Source: Chryseotalea sp. WA131a
Lineage (GTDB): Bacteria > Bacteroidota > Bacteroidia > Cytophagales > Cyclobacteriaceae
Reading direction: 5' to 3'
DNA: 64,000 bases
Assembly: GCA_025370075.1 (NCBI GenBank)
Contig: CP073016.1
Span: 464,830-528,829, forward strand
Under the pieces are notes generated by a model that worked only from the letters and a program-made list of their open reading frames with translations, made no database searches and had not been told where the DNA came from. Each line of letters opens with the position of its first letter. Positions within the stretch are counted from its first letter, which is position 1. Below are positions 1 through 9,268 of the stretch, piece after piece. A program made the position numbers and the translations under genes.

Positions 1-450
1 GTTATATGCAAAACCATCACTGACTCCCCCAAAATAAATATTTGTGTTTACCAGTGGTGGACAAACCGAAGTGATTTTTGAATTATATGCAAAGCCATCG
101 CTAACTCCCCCAAAAAAAATACTTGTGTTTACCAGCGGTGGACAAACGGAAGTGATTTTTGAGTTATATGCAAAACCATCACTGTCTCCCCCAAAATAAA
201 TATTTGTGTTTACCAGTGGTGGACAAACCGAAGTGATTTTTGAATTATATGCAAAGCCATCACTGTTTCCCCCAAAATAAATATTTGTGTTTACCAGTGG
301 TGGACAAACCGAAGTGATTTTTGAGTTAACAGCTAAGCCATCTCCGTTTCCTCCATAGTAGATATTTGAGTTTGTAGCCACAGCGCATGATGATGATACA
401 AAGGATTGATACGCGGAAGCGTCTCCGCTACCGCCAATATATTGTGCTTT
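1..450. repeat. 81-bp tandem direct repeat array (coding, 27-aa period), truncated by the window edge
   Basis: The motif 'ttatatgca' recurs at 2, 83, 164 and 245, with a degenerate 'ttaacagc' at 326, giving an exact 81-bp period. Neighbouring units differ at roughly 8 of 81 positions by eye. Units become degenerate towards 450. Confidence 0.9.
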
Positions 451-513
451 GGCTACTACGTTTATTGCGCAAAAAGCGCAAATAGTAAAGATATGAAGAT
501 ACAATTTTTTCAT
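1..513 (-). CDS. Secreted tandem-repeat protein, N-terminal part (partial, continues beyond the left edge)
   Basis: It is absent from the ORF track because it has no in-window stop. The minus-strand ATG is at 513..511 and the frame stays open to base 1 (171 codons). My hand translation gives MKKLYLHIFTICAFCAINVVAKAQ (signal-peptide-like). This is followed by degenerate units YIGGSGDASAYQSFVSSSCAVATNS and NIYYGGNGDGLAVNSKITSVCPPLVNT. At least 3 near-identical 27-aa units NIYFGG(N/D/V)SDGFAYNSKITSVCPPLVNT come next. It starts 28 bp downstream of the FGE-fold gene on the same strand. Confidence 0.6.
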   Translation of the reverse strand, partial: MKKLYLHIFTICAFCAINVVAKAQYIGGSGDASAYQSFVSSSCAVATNSNIYYGGNGDGLAVNSKITSVCPPLVNTNIYFGGNSDGFAYNSKITSVCPPLVNTNIYFGGDSDGFAYNSKITSVCPPLVNTSIFFGGVSDGFAYNSKITSVCPPLVNTNIYFGGVSDGFAYN

Positions 514-541
514 CAAAAAATCAAGCCACGAATAAGTAGAA

Positions 542-2026
542 TCACCTTCCACCTCGCCCTCCAACCGAGAGGTTTCTACCTTGATTAAAATTAATTGTCG
601 TATTAGCACGATCACTTACGGCAGGAGTATTTATGGAATTTGTGAACCAATCGCCACCTCTTGTAATGCCGCCACCTTGCCCACCTCCGGTGGGTGGCCA
701 GCCAGCTGTATTAGCTGTCCCTGACGATGAAAGAGAACCATCACCGGGTAGATTGGTGAAATTTGAGTAATTAAAATTATTCCCACCTACGCATTGTTCC
801 ATTGCATTACCGGACATGTCCAAACAACCATAGAATGAAGCACCTGCCTGAGTCCTATTAGTGAGAGCCGTTGCAGCGAACCCACAGCGTAGTGGCCCTT
901 GGGCGGTGTTATTAATGCCATACGCACAAAGCCCTGAACCGGATGTGGACGATACCTCATTTGCGGCTCCCGAATTTGTTATCGCACCGGACTGAGCCTG
1001 TAGGATAGAGGATGTACCCCATGCAAATTCGCCTGGCAGGGCTGTATTTGTTCCTCTGCAAACCTTTTCAAATTCAAATTCTGTGATTGGTCGAAGTGCA
1101 GACCAATCTAAATAGGCTGTCAAATCGCTCCACTGAAGCCAGTTGCACGCAATATTTTGCCCATCTGCCGCTTCGTTGAATGTTCCATTGTTGTTTAAAT
1201 CATTTCCGTACACGGCAGGAATATTATTTAATGTACCTGAAGTTTGAATCCGAATGCCATTTCTGCTATTGGTAGCTGCGGCTATGGCCAACGTACCGGC
1301 TGCAGAATTAGGGCTGTTGGCAGTAACCGAAACCTGTTGGTCGTAGGTTAATGTATTTAAAAAAGCTACATATTGCTCTTGACTTATTTCGTATTTCATA
1401 CAGTAGAAACTATTCCAGCCTAAAGGATATGTAGAAGGTAAGGCAGAAGTACTTCCCAAAGAGTTCCATTGGTAATTGCTAGCTGCCCCTATCCCGGCTG
1501 TTTGAATAGCGTTTGTGATAAGTTTGGGAGGAAATGGATTTACATCTGAGAATCCATAAAGGTTTGTTCCTCTCGTTCCATCTCCGATATAAAAATCTCC
1601 TGAGGGGATGTTTACCATTTCAATGCCAAATACCCTATAATTATATCCTGCATCTATAAGTGTATTGAACTTTAGGGTTACCGTAGCACTTGATATATTA
1701 CCAACTCCATTTGCATTTTGGCGAAGATAAATACCTTTACCATCGGCTACAGCCAACACTTCTAGCTGGGCACCTGTAACAGAATGGTTAGCGACAACCG
1801 TACTTAAATCAACATGATTCCACAAATTGGTGGCACAATCCTGGTATTTTACAAACACCCAAATGGCATCCCAATTTGATGGAGCTGCTGCCACACGCCA
1901 ACTATTGTCCCACCGTATGGTAAACTGAATCGTTGATGTTGAGGGTAGCGATGGTACGCCTACCTGCACATTGTTTGCAAAGGCAGTGCTTGCTGCGAAT
2001 AAAGATAAAGCCATAAATTTTATCAT
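542..2026 (-). CDS. Secreted FGE-sulfatase (SUMF1/formylglycine-generating-enzyme) fold protein with an extra N-terminal domain
   Basis: The ORF track gives 542..2239. I prefer the internal ATG at 2026 because it is followed by the signal peptide MIKFMALSLFAASTAFA. FGE-fold hallmarks seen by eye are MVNIPSGDFYIGDG, YCMKYEISQEQYVAFLN, WSDLTAYLDWSALRPITEFEFEKVCRG, YGCLDMSGNAMEQCV, RGGDW and a C-terminal GGRGGR. Confidence 0.75.
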   Translation of the reverse strand: MIKFMALSLFAASTAFANNVQVGVPSLPSTSTIQFTIRWDNSWRVAAAPSNWDAIWVFVKYQDCATNLWNHVDLSTVVANHSVTGAQLEVLAVADGKGIYLRQNANGVGNISSATVTLKFNTLIDAGYNYRVFGIEMVNIPSGDFYIGDGTRGTNLYGFSDVNPFPPKLITNAIQTAGIGAASNYQWNSLGSTSALPSTYPLGWNSFYCMKYEISQEQYVAFLNTLTYDQQVSVTANSPNSAAGTLAIAAATNSRNGIRIQTSGTLNNIPAVYGNDLNNNGTFNEAADGQNIACNWLQWSDLTAYLDWSALRPITEFEFEKVCRGTNTALPGEFAWGTSSILQAQSGAITNSGAANEVSSTSGSGLCAYGINNTAQGPLRCGFAATALTNRTQAGASFYGCLDMSGNAMEQCVGGNNFNYSNFTNLPGDGSLSSSGTANTAGWPPTGGGQGGGITRGGDWFTNSINTPAVSDRANTTINFNQGRNLSVGGRGGR

Positions 2027-2582
2027 GATCTGCTCATTTATTAGTAAAACACAGTTTTTTAAAGCTTCAATATAATTAATTTTACAATAGCATCCAATGG
2101 TAAATGGCTGAGAATTTTGGCAGGTTGTAAATGAACCAATTATTCTTGTTGATCCCGACCAGACTGAGTATTCTTTAAAACATGTGATTATTGTTTTTGC
2201 GCTTCCGCAACCGAAGGATAAAAAGGAGCAAAACACCAATTTTGGACCAACTCTAATTTAAATGATATATGTTGTATCGGGTAAACCAAAGATAGGATCA
2301 GAACCAACCGATGATCCAAGGCCAGAATGATATATGTCTACTAAAATATCGTAAAAATATCTTGTACAGATGATTTATTTGGACTTGAATGGGATTGATT
2401 TAAAACTTTAGGATGCAAAACACGCTATAGATTTTTGCAAATACGCTATCTTGTCAGTGGTGCGGTGGGGATTGATTCTTGCTATTGTTGTTTCACTTGT
2501 CTAGGTGGCAATCTTTGCCGGTAGAGTGTCACCTGTTAGATGACCAAATTGTCCGCTTATTTTATGACGCCCGCCCATTCAG

Positions 2583-4624
2583 CTACTTCGTGACTTGTGA
2601 AGTGTGCTCCAATTCTCTAACAGGTTTTAGATATTCCTTCTCTTTTTGCGTCAATTTTTCTTCTAGAATCTTTATTGTTTCAGCCTGTTTTTGACATAGT
2701 TCTCGTATCTGTTTCTCTTTAGAAATATCTCTTGCCAGTTTAATCACTTTCATGGCTTTGCCTTGTGCATTGACGATTGTGCTGTAACTTGCCGAAAGCC
2801 AAACAGAAAATCCATCCTTTGCTTTTCTTTCAAATTCACCGGTTCTTGATTTGCCGTTTTTGAAAGATTCCCAGAACTCACGATACTCGGCTGATTCTAC
2901 ATAATCCCTTTCCACAAATATTCTATGATGCTTGCCTTTAATTTCATTGAACGAATATTTCATGGTTCTGCAGAAGATATCGTTGGCCTTGATAATATTT
3001 CCATCCAAGTCAAATTGTATAAATGCCTGTGAATTACTGATTGTATTCAAGGTGCCTAGCATTTCCGATTCTTTGCGCTGCATTTCTTCCTGAGTAGCAG
3101 TCAACTCCTCTATGTTTTTGACGCATTTCCTCTTCTTGTGCTTTCATTTCCTCTGCTTGCTGCTGAGATTGCTCCGGCAAGTGTTTGGTTCTTGTGTTTA
3201 TGCGCACGGTGCTAATCGCTGCGGCAAGATTTTCAGAAAGTTTAACTACGAAATCACGCTCATACTCCTCCAATGATTTGAACGATTCCAGTTCCAGCAC
3301 GCCAAAGATGCTTTCATTTACTTTGAGTGGAACAATGAAAATGTTACGAGGATTTGCCAGGCTTAGTCCACTTGTGATGCTTACGTAATTCTCGGGCACC
3401 TGCATAATGTAAACCGGTTCACCTTCTTGCCAGCATTGCCCGATAAGCCCGTCTCCGCGTTCTATTTTTTGTTCTACAAACTTCTTTTTATCCCATGCGT
3501 AGCAGGCTATCATCTGCAAGCACTCGTGGTTCTTATTGTCATCATTTACCACATAAAGTCGCCCTTGATTTGAGTTGGTGTACTTTACAAATAAACGATA
3601 GCACCTGTTCGCCAAATTTCTCTAGGTTCTGATCTTGATTTCGCAGTATGTCGCCCAACCTGGCTAAGCCCGTAATTGACCAATTTCTTTTCCTTTCTTC
3701 CTCCGCATTTTGTTTCAAATTTTGCCTCATGGTAAGCAACGCCTTACCCATGCTGTCTTGCTCGCTCAATAGATCAAACGGCTCTTCATACTTACCGTTT
3801 CCGATCTGAGACGCAAAAATGGACTTGGCATTTATGCCCTTTATCAGACAAGCCATAGCACTTTGTATTTGTCCCACTTCGTCATCTCTATCTTCCGCTT
3901 TGGTCTCAATGATTTTGGCCTGCGACAGGTCAACCAACGAATCCTTTATAGCAACAATAGGAGTAACGATTCTCTTCTTTACGTTAACGTATGCGGCAAT
4001 TATAGTGACCACGAACGCCACAATCATTCCAACGAATAAGGTGGTAAGCAGCACGTAAGACGTTTCTTTCTCCAACTGCGCAAGAGCGATTTTTTGCTCT
4101 TGTACGTCAATGATTCTAGCTAGTGAGGCCATAAGCCGTGCTGTTGCCGGAGTGATCGATTTATTCAAAAGATCAATTGCCTTTTCAACCACCTCATCAT
4201 TGCTATACAAACTGTCAACACTTAACAGAGTGATAACGGTTCTTTCATCGGCAGAAATTTTGCCTAGCATGCTCAATGCAAAACGAACAGAATCAGTTGC
4301 TTCTCCATTAGAATTGTTGGTGAGATCGGATATTTTTTTGTTGATGGCGGCATATGATTCGGTAATTATCTCAGTAAGTTTTCTCTTATCGTCTGGGTTA
4401 GGTTGAAAAATCCAACTATTGGTTAGCTTATTCATTTCTCCAGCTAACGAACTCATCTCTTTTAGACTTATACAAATGGGAAGATTAACATTCGTAATGC
4501 GTTCGTCTAGCTCCTGATTGGAGCGAAGCGAAAAAATGCAAAACAACGAAGCTACTGTGGCTACCAAAATAATTACCGCATAGCCAGCTAATACCTGATT
4601 TGCCAAATTGAATTTAAGTTTCAT
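2583..4624 (-). pseudogene. Membrane sensor protein (4-helix sensor / TM / HAMP / GAF / coiled coil / PAS) split by two frameshifts
   Basis: Three overlapping minus-strand ORFs in three frames (3542..4624, 3034..3615, 2583..3104) read as one protein. The first carries the N-terminal TM, sensor, second TM (LLTTLFVGMIVAFVVTIIAAYV) and HAMP. The second is the GAF domain (YVVNDD...GLIGQCWQEGEPVY...VPLKVNESIFGVLEL). The third is the PAS domain (AFIQFDLDGNIIKANDIFCRTMKYSFNEIKGKHHRIF). Junction 1 lies within 3583..3598. Junction 2 is in the T5 run at 3115..3119; removing one base restores ...EEMRQNIEELTATQEEMQ.... No output domain follows the PAS domain. Confidence 0.7.
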
Positions 4625-4652
4625 AATTTTTTTAAAAGGAATTTTTTTCAGA

Positions 4653-5105
4653 CTAAAACTCCAGCACCACCTTTACCCTTGCCCTGACATCGGCAGTGAG
4701 CGATTTTAAATTCGCATAGCCAAAGCCGCCTGCCTCTTGGTCTACAAAGTCAATGATCTCTGCATCAGAGCTGAACTTATCTGGAAGTCCTTCTGCATTT
4801 TGAAACTGACGTTCCGCAAAATAGGCGCTTCCTTCTTCGTCTTCCATCTTTAAAATAATGCTATAGAATGTTTCTCTTTCAGTGCATTTTGCCTTGCGAT
4901 CAGCTGGACGTATGCCCTAATTGATACCGGGCCATCGCGATTTGAGCTTCTGCAGATAATAGAGCTTTGCTTCTCCCGCAGACAATGTGGTCAACGTATT
5001 TTCTTTATTAATGATGATGGCAAAATCGCTGGCAGAAGGTGTATTAAAAGAACTCAGCAATAGCACACTTGGCAGAATACAAAAAAGGACAAGTAATTTT
5101 TTCAT
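4653..5105 (-). pseudogene. Periplasmic substrate-binding (PstS/PBP-like) domain protein interrupted by an in-frame TAG
   Basis: ORFs 4917..5105 (signal peptide MKKLLVLFCILPSVLLLSS...LYYLQKLKSRWPGIN*) and 4653..4847 are in the same frame. The region between them translates without further stops (GIRPADRKAKCTERETFYSIILK-MEDEEGSAYFAERQFQNAEGLPDKF...GYANL...VKVVLEF). The only interruption is an amber codon at 4917..4919. Confidence 0.6.
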
Positions 5106-5136
5106 TGTTTCTTAGTTGAAGGCAACACTTATAATA

Positions 5137-5312
5137 TTAAAAGCGGGCTGCTACTTGTGCCGACAGCTCATCTTCATGGTAGACGATTTCATTACCTCTG
5201 TACTTGTACTCCAACTTAATGACGGCTGCTGGCGTTAAAGAATAGCGAGAACCGATCACCAATCCTGTCAAATCATTGGGCGTAAAGTATTTTTCGCTAT
5301 CAGCATATCTTA
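5137..5312 (-). pseudogene. C-terminal remnant of an outer-membrane porin (phosphate-selective porin O/P-like), 5' part removed at the IS boundary
   Basis: My hand translation of the minus strand gives ...GLRYADSEKYFTPNDLTGLVIGSRYSLTPAAVIKLEYKYRGNEIVYHEDELSAQVAARF*. It has an alternating beta-strand pattern and a terminal Phe. The reading frame runs straight into the left inverted repeat of the IS at 5313. Confidence 0.55.
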
Positions 5313-6709
5313 AACCCAGATTTTGGAGTAGAATAAAATAGTGACAAGGTGTCCTATATTTGAATATGGAACACCACTATACCGATAAGTTAGTAACAGC
5401 GTGGGGCGGGATGAAAGAGATGAAAATATTGATTGACCAAACTGGGATCAGCAAGAAGTTGGCCGAGCTTGGTTTGCCTGAGAGCAAGAGTAACAACCGG
5501 ATAGATGCCGTGGGAATAATAGAGAGTTTTTGGGTGGGCATCTGGATTGGTTGCTTTCGTTTTAGTCACACAGCGGTGGTGCGGGTTGATGAAGTGTTGC
5601 GCCAGATATTTGGATGGAAGCGGGTTGCTTCGGGGACCACCTTCGGGCGTTTCTTTAAAAAGTTTACGCCCTCAATGAACCACCAAATTTTCATTGAACT
5701 GTACACGTGGTTTTTTGAGCAGATCCAATTCGACAATTACACGTTGGATATGGACAGCAGTGTGATCACCCGTTACGGGGAACAGGAGGGCAGCAAAAAA
5801 GGGTACAACCCCAAGAAGCCTGGCCGTGGCAGCCATCATCCCTTGTTTGCTTTTGTCAATGACATACGCATGGTGGCCAATTGCTGGAACCGCAGCGGCA
5901 ATACAGGGAGCAACAGCAACTGCATCCATTTTTTAGAAGAGACCTTTGCCATCCTCAAAAACAAAACAGTAGGGTTGTTCAGGGCCGATAGTGGGTTTTG
6001 TACCGGTACAGTCTTGGATTTCATTGAGCAGAGAAATATCCCCTACGTCATTGCCTGTAAGCTGTATGCCAATTTACAAGCCAGCATTTATGGTATCACC
6101 CAATGGAATGCGATAGGCGAAGGCTTATGGGTATCGGAAATAAACTACCAGCAAGGCGGCTGGGGCAAAGCCCGTAGGATTGTGGTCATCAAACAAAGTG
6201 AAGAAATCAGGGCCAGGGCAACGGGTAAGAAGCTCAAGACATTATTCAGCAGCGTGGGCATAGCGGACGAAAAAGTGTACCGCAAAAGGTACCATGCCTT
6301 TGTCACTAACCAAGCCCTGCCGGCAACAGAAATATGGGAACAATATAAGCGCAGGGGTGATGCCGAAAACAGGATCAAGGAGTTGAAAGAAGATTTCGGT
6401 ACAGAAGGCTTTTGCATGGATAGTTTTTGTGCTACTGAAACAGCTATGCGCTTTGTGATGGTAGCCTATAATTTGATGAGCCTATTCCGGCAAATAACCC
6501 ATCAAAAACAGCCACAGCCCAAGCTTTCCACATTAAGGTTCAACTGCTTTGCAGTTGGAAGTTGGGTAGAGCAAGAAGCCCAAAAATGGGTACTGAAAAT
6601 GTCCGTCCAAATCAAAAGAAGGCAATGGTATGATGGATTATTCTCAAATCTCCAAAATATAAACCTGCCACTAAGTCTGACTGGATAGTTCTACTGCAAA
6701 ATCTGGGTT
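5313..6709 (+). mobile_element. IS1380-family-like insertion sequence, apparently intact
   Basis: The terminal inverted repeats are aacccagattttgGagtagaa (5313..5333) and the reverse complement of ttctactGcaaaatctgggtt (6689..6709), matching at 20 of 21 positions. They enclose a single transposase ORF. The flanking bases differ (tctta vs aaagc), so no target-site duplication is visible. Confidence 0.8.
5360..6688 (+). CDS. DDE transposase, IS1380 family-like
   Basis: This is a 442-aa ORF with the motifs [45 protein letters not shown] and [19 protein letters not shown]. These are typical of IS1380/IS4-superfamily transposases. Confidence 0.9.
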   Translation: MNMEHHYTDKLVTAWGGMKEMKILIDQTGISKKLAELGLPESKSNNRIDAVGIIESFWVGIWIGCFRFSHTAVVRVDEVLRQIFGWKRVASGTTFGRFFKKFTPSMNHQIFIELYTWFFEQIQFDNYTLDMDSSVITRYGEQEGSKKGYNPKKPGRGSHHPLFAFVNDIRMVANCWNRSGNTGSNSNCIHFLEETFAILKNKTVGLFRADSGFCTGTVLDFIEQRNIPYVIACKLYANLQASIYGITQWNAIGEGLWVSEINYQQGGWGKARRIVVIKQSEEIRARATGKKLKTLFSSVGIADEKVYRKRYHAFVTNQALPATEIWEQYKRRGDAENRIKELKEDFGTEGFCMDSFCATETAMRFVMVAYNLMSLFRQITHQKQPQPKLSTLRFNCFAVGSWVEQEAQKWVLKMSVQIKRRQWYDGLFSNLQNINLPLSLTG

Positions 6710-6710
6710 A

Positions 6711-6890
6711 AAGCAACTTGAACTTGATGGCTTGATAAGTCGAAAACAATACAATGAAATTCCACCAAGGGTCGAGTACTCGTTAACAGATTTCGGTAAA
6801 TCTGTTTTACCTATCCTTGATCGTATTTGTGAGTGGGGCAAACAATTTGTCCCCGACAAACCATTCAAAGAGGAAATGGAGTATAATTGA
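6711..6890 (+). pseudogene. C-terminal remnant of an HxlR-family transcriptional regulator
   Basis: It begins immediately after the right IS end and has no start codon. It reads [59 protein letters not shown]. This corresponds to the wing and C-terminal helix of HxlR-type wHTH proteins. Confidence 0.65.
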
Positions 6891-7107
6891 AGAGCTCCTC
6901 CCTCATAGCTCGCAAAGTCAATCTATGTCGTTCTTGGATGTATTCTCCACGAAGAATGCGAATGGCCTACAACGTAAATATTTGCGATCGGGCGGGATTT
7001 TGAAACTACGTCCTGTCCCCAGCACCGAACGCAATAAAGATAACAAAACTTTGAACTACACGTCACCCCCGCCTGGCGCAAATATATTGTTATAGCCAGT
7101 GCTTACT

Positions 7108-8025
7108 CTATTTTTCATAATAGTAGGTTCTCGTCAACCCGTAACCTGTTTTCTTATTATTTTCTTGTCCCCATTTTTCAAAATCACTGTGTCCAGACGT
7201 TTTCCAGTCAATGTAGTTTCTTACTAGTTCTAAATCTTCTTCCAGTTCTTTCGTCCAACGTTCTCTTTGTTCAGCGGTCGTTAATAGCCTTATTTGCTCT
7301 TTTATTTTCTCTCCGAGTTGAATGTCGTCAAAAGGTTTCCCAATATAGCCTTCTGGTAAGTGATGAACAGAATAATAAATGTTATATGTCCACCAACTTA
7401 AAATTGTCTGTCTTGCTAAGTCGTCCGCTGGATTAATTTCTAATGCTTTAAATAGATGCTCCTCACTTCGATAATATTTTCCGTACCAACGAAATGGGTT
7501 CCCGTCAGTCTCTTCTTTCTCACACCATTTTAGTAAAGTTGGTTTAATCAATTTCTCACTCAACGGTTGAGGAAAAGGTCCATAATCAGCATCTTCAACT
7601 GTCTCAAAGAATGGGAACAGAAATTTTACAAATTCAATTTTCTTTTCAATCGTCCAGTCTACGGTTGATTTCAAAAAATTGTCAAGATGTTTAAAAGCTT
7701 CTTTTCGTAAACCTTTTTCTCTGTCCAAGCAATAGTTAACATAGTCTGTCCAGTCGGAATTTTTCAAAGCCGCATTTCCTACTGTCACGAGAGCTATATT
7801 CTGGTCTTTTGCTATCATTGTTCGTGTCGTCCTAGCATTGGCTATAACATTAGTATATGCGCAACGGCTCAGTTCTATATTTTTGATGTCTTTTATTGAT
7901 ACTGCAAAAAAGGGGCTTTCTACAATGCGTGTCAACGGGGAAAACCACGTATTTTTGAACATGGTTTTCCCCGTATTTTTCTGAAATGGGCTAAAAAGGA
8001 TGGCACGGTGGGTATTTCGGATCAA
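7108..8025 (-). CDS. Hypothetical protein (W/Y-rich, no family recognised)
   Basis: This is a long uninterrupted ORF of 305 aa. A more likely start is MFKNTWF at 7962. I recognised no motifs. Confidence 0.5.
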   Translation of the reverse strand: MIRNTHRAILFSPFQKNTGKTMFKNTWFSPLTRIVESPFFAVSIKDIKNIELSRCAYTNVIANARTTRTMIAKDQNIALVTVGNAALKNSDWTDYVNYCLDREKGLRKEAFKHLDNFLKSTVDWTIEKKIEFVKFLFPFFETVEDADYGPFPQPLSEKLIKPTLLKWCEKEETDGNPFRWYGKYYRSEEHLFKALEINPADDLARQTILSWWTYNIYYSVHHLPEGYIGKPFDDIQLGEKIKEQIRLLTTAEQRERWTKELEEDLELVRNYIDWKTSGHSDFEKWGQENNKKTGYGLTRTYYYEK

Positions 8026-8117
8026 CTTTTTCAGGCGGGATTGGTAAGACCGACCAAGGGCTGTTTTTAATTCGTATCCAAATTCTGACGTTTTGGTTCT
8101 TGCCGTTACTATTTACC

Positions 8118-8744
8118 TCACTTAAGTTCTGAAAGTATCAACTTTTTCTGCTTAAGTGTATTCCTCATTGCCTTTTCTCTAACTTTTGGATCATTGCTGT
8201 TTATCAGATCAAAATATTCAACAGGAACAACCTGCCACGATAAACCATATTTGTCTTTACACCAACCGCAAGAGCCTTCTTGTCCACCATTTGCGGTCAA
8301 CGCGTTCCAATAATAATCTACTTCTGCCTGGTCTTTGCAATTAATAACAAACGAAACAGATTCATTGAACTTAAAGTATGGCCCGGCAGCCAAAATGCTA
8401 AATTCCATATCGCCAATTTGCATAATCGCTGTTTCAAAGCTGTCTTGACCTCCTTGCTCTTTTGCTTCTGGTGGATTCTCGTATCGGTGATACTCTTTCA
8501 TTTTGCCATCTTTGAAAATTGACAGATAGTAATCTACTACTGCTTTTGCATCACTGTCAACCCATAGACAAGGTGTTATTTTTTGTGTAATCATATCAGT
8601 CTTATTTTTTAACGTTTGATTGGAAGCTGTATCCATTTTATTGCCTTGACGAGAATCCTGTTGAGAATTGCCACAACCTATTGAGTTAACTATTACTAAT
8701 GTCGTCAAAAATTTATAGACATACGTTTTTGCAAGTGTATTCAT
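8118..8744 (-). CDS. VOC-superfamily lipoprotein with a PhnB / 3-demethylubiquinone-9 3-methyltransferase-like domain
   Basis: It has a lipoprotein-like N-terminus (LVIVNSIGCGN). Downstream motifs are ITPCLWVDSDAKAVVDYYLSIF...FSILAAGPYFKFNESVSFVINC...EVDYYWNALTANGGQEGSCGWCKDKYGLSWQVVP. Confidence 0.7.
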   Translation of the reverse strand: MNTLAKTYVYKFLTTLVIVNSIGCGNSQQDSRQGNKMDTASNQTLKNKTDMITQKITPCLWVDSDAKAVVDYYLSIFKDGKMKEYHRYENPPEAKEQGGQDSFETAIMQIGDMEFSILAAGPYFKFNESVSFVINCKDQAEVDYYWNALTANGGQEGSCGWCKDKYGLSWQVVPVEYFDLINSNDPKVREKAMRNTLKQKKLILSELK

Positions 8745-8746
8745 TT

Positions 8747-9268
8747 TTATTTTAGGTTACTTAACAATTCTTCTAACTGATTTAATCCCATACTGAAGCC
8801 TTCTCTGAAACCCATTTCAATAGTTTGTTCCAGGTCCTCTGGTTTATCAAAAGTGGACATAATCGTTACAAGCACACGATTGTTTGCTTCTGTGAACTTA
8901 GTTTCCCAAAAATTTTGCGCATAGACCGGATTGATTGTTCCGTTTTCATCGCAAAATCCGTCTTTAACCGTAAAGGATTGTTTTTCAGCGATAGAGATAT
9001 AACTCCACTTACTCCAGATTTCCTGGGCATTGAGTTTTATCCTTTCGCCATTCTCGTTGAGCATGGTATATAACCAATAACCGCCCTCGCGAAAATCCAA
9101 ATATTTTGTTTCATTTCGCAAAGGTGCAGGAGCCCACCATTGGTCAAGCAATTCAGCTGTTGTCCACGCTTCCCAAACTAAATCAAGGTCTGCGTTAAAC
9201 TCACGCTTGATGTGAATGGAACTGTTTTCCTTATCAACGATAAAGTCGAATAGTAATGCTGTTTTCAT
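8747..9268 (-). CDS. SRPBCC / AHSA1 (activator of Hsp90 ATPase-like) domain protein
   Basis: It is 173 aa and reads IHIKREFNADLDLVWEAWTTAELLDQWWAPAP...GGYWLY. It overlaps the upstream ArsR gene by 4 bp, which is a common ArsR-AHSA1 pairing. Confidence 0.75.
   Translation of the reverse strand: MKTALLFDFIVDKENSSIHIKREFNADLDLVWEAWTTAELLDQWWAPAPLRNETKYLDFREGGYWLYTMLNENGERIKLNAQEIWSKWSYISIAEKQSFTVKDGFCDENGTINPVYAQNFWETKFTEANNRVLVTIMSTFDKPEDLEQTIEMGFREGFSMGLNQLEELLSNLK

Noticed and set aside
1-450. Could the regularly spaced repeats at the left edge be a CRISPR array?
   Set aside because: The units are contiguous 81-bp copies with no unique spacers between them. They maintain one open reading frame (27-aa period) preceded by a signal peptide. 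This is a coding tandem repeat, not repeat-spacer architecture, and no cas genes are present.
406-588. 60-aa plus-strand ORF from the track
   Set aside because: It lies antisense to the start of the repeat-protein gene and to the end of the FGE-fold gene. Its sequence is low-complexity and looks like a shadow ORF.
542-2026. FGE-fold protein as a classical sulfatase-maturating enzyme
   Set aside because: No sulfatase gene lies anywhere in the window. The protein has an extra N-terminal domain, a large insertion and an atypical C-terminus (GGRGGR instead of GFRCxR). Many Bacteroidota FGE-fold proteins (GldJ/GldK) are non-catalytic. I therefore do not call it a sulfatase maturase.
6671-7095. 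ORFs 6671..6868 (-) and 6817..7095 (+) from the track
   Set aside because: The first is antisense to the HxlR remnant. The second has no start context or recognisable motif and spans a region that otherwise looks non-coding.
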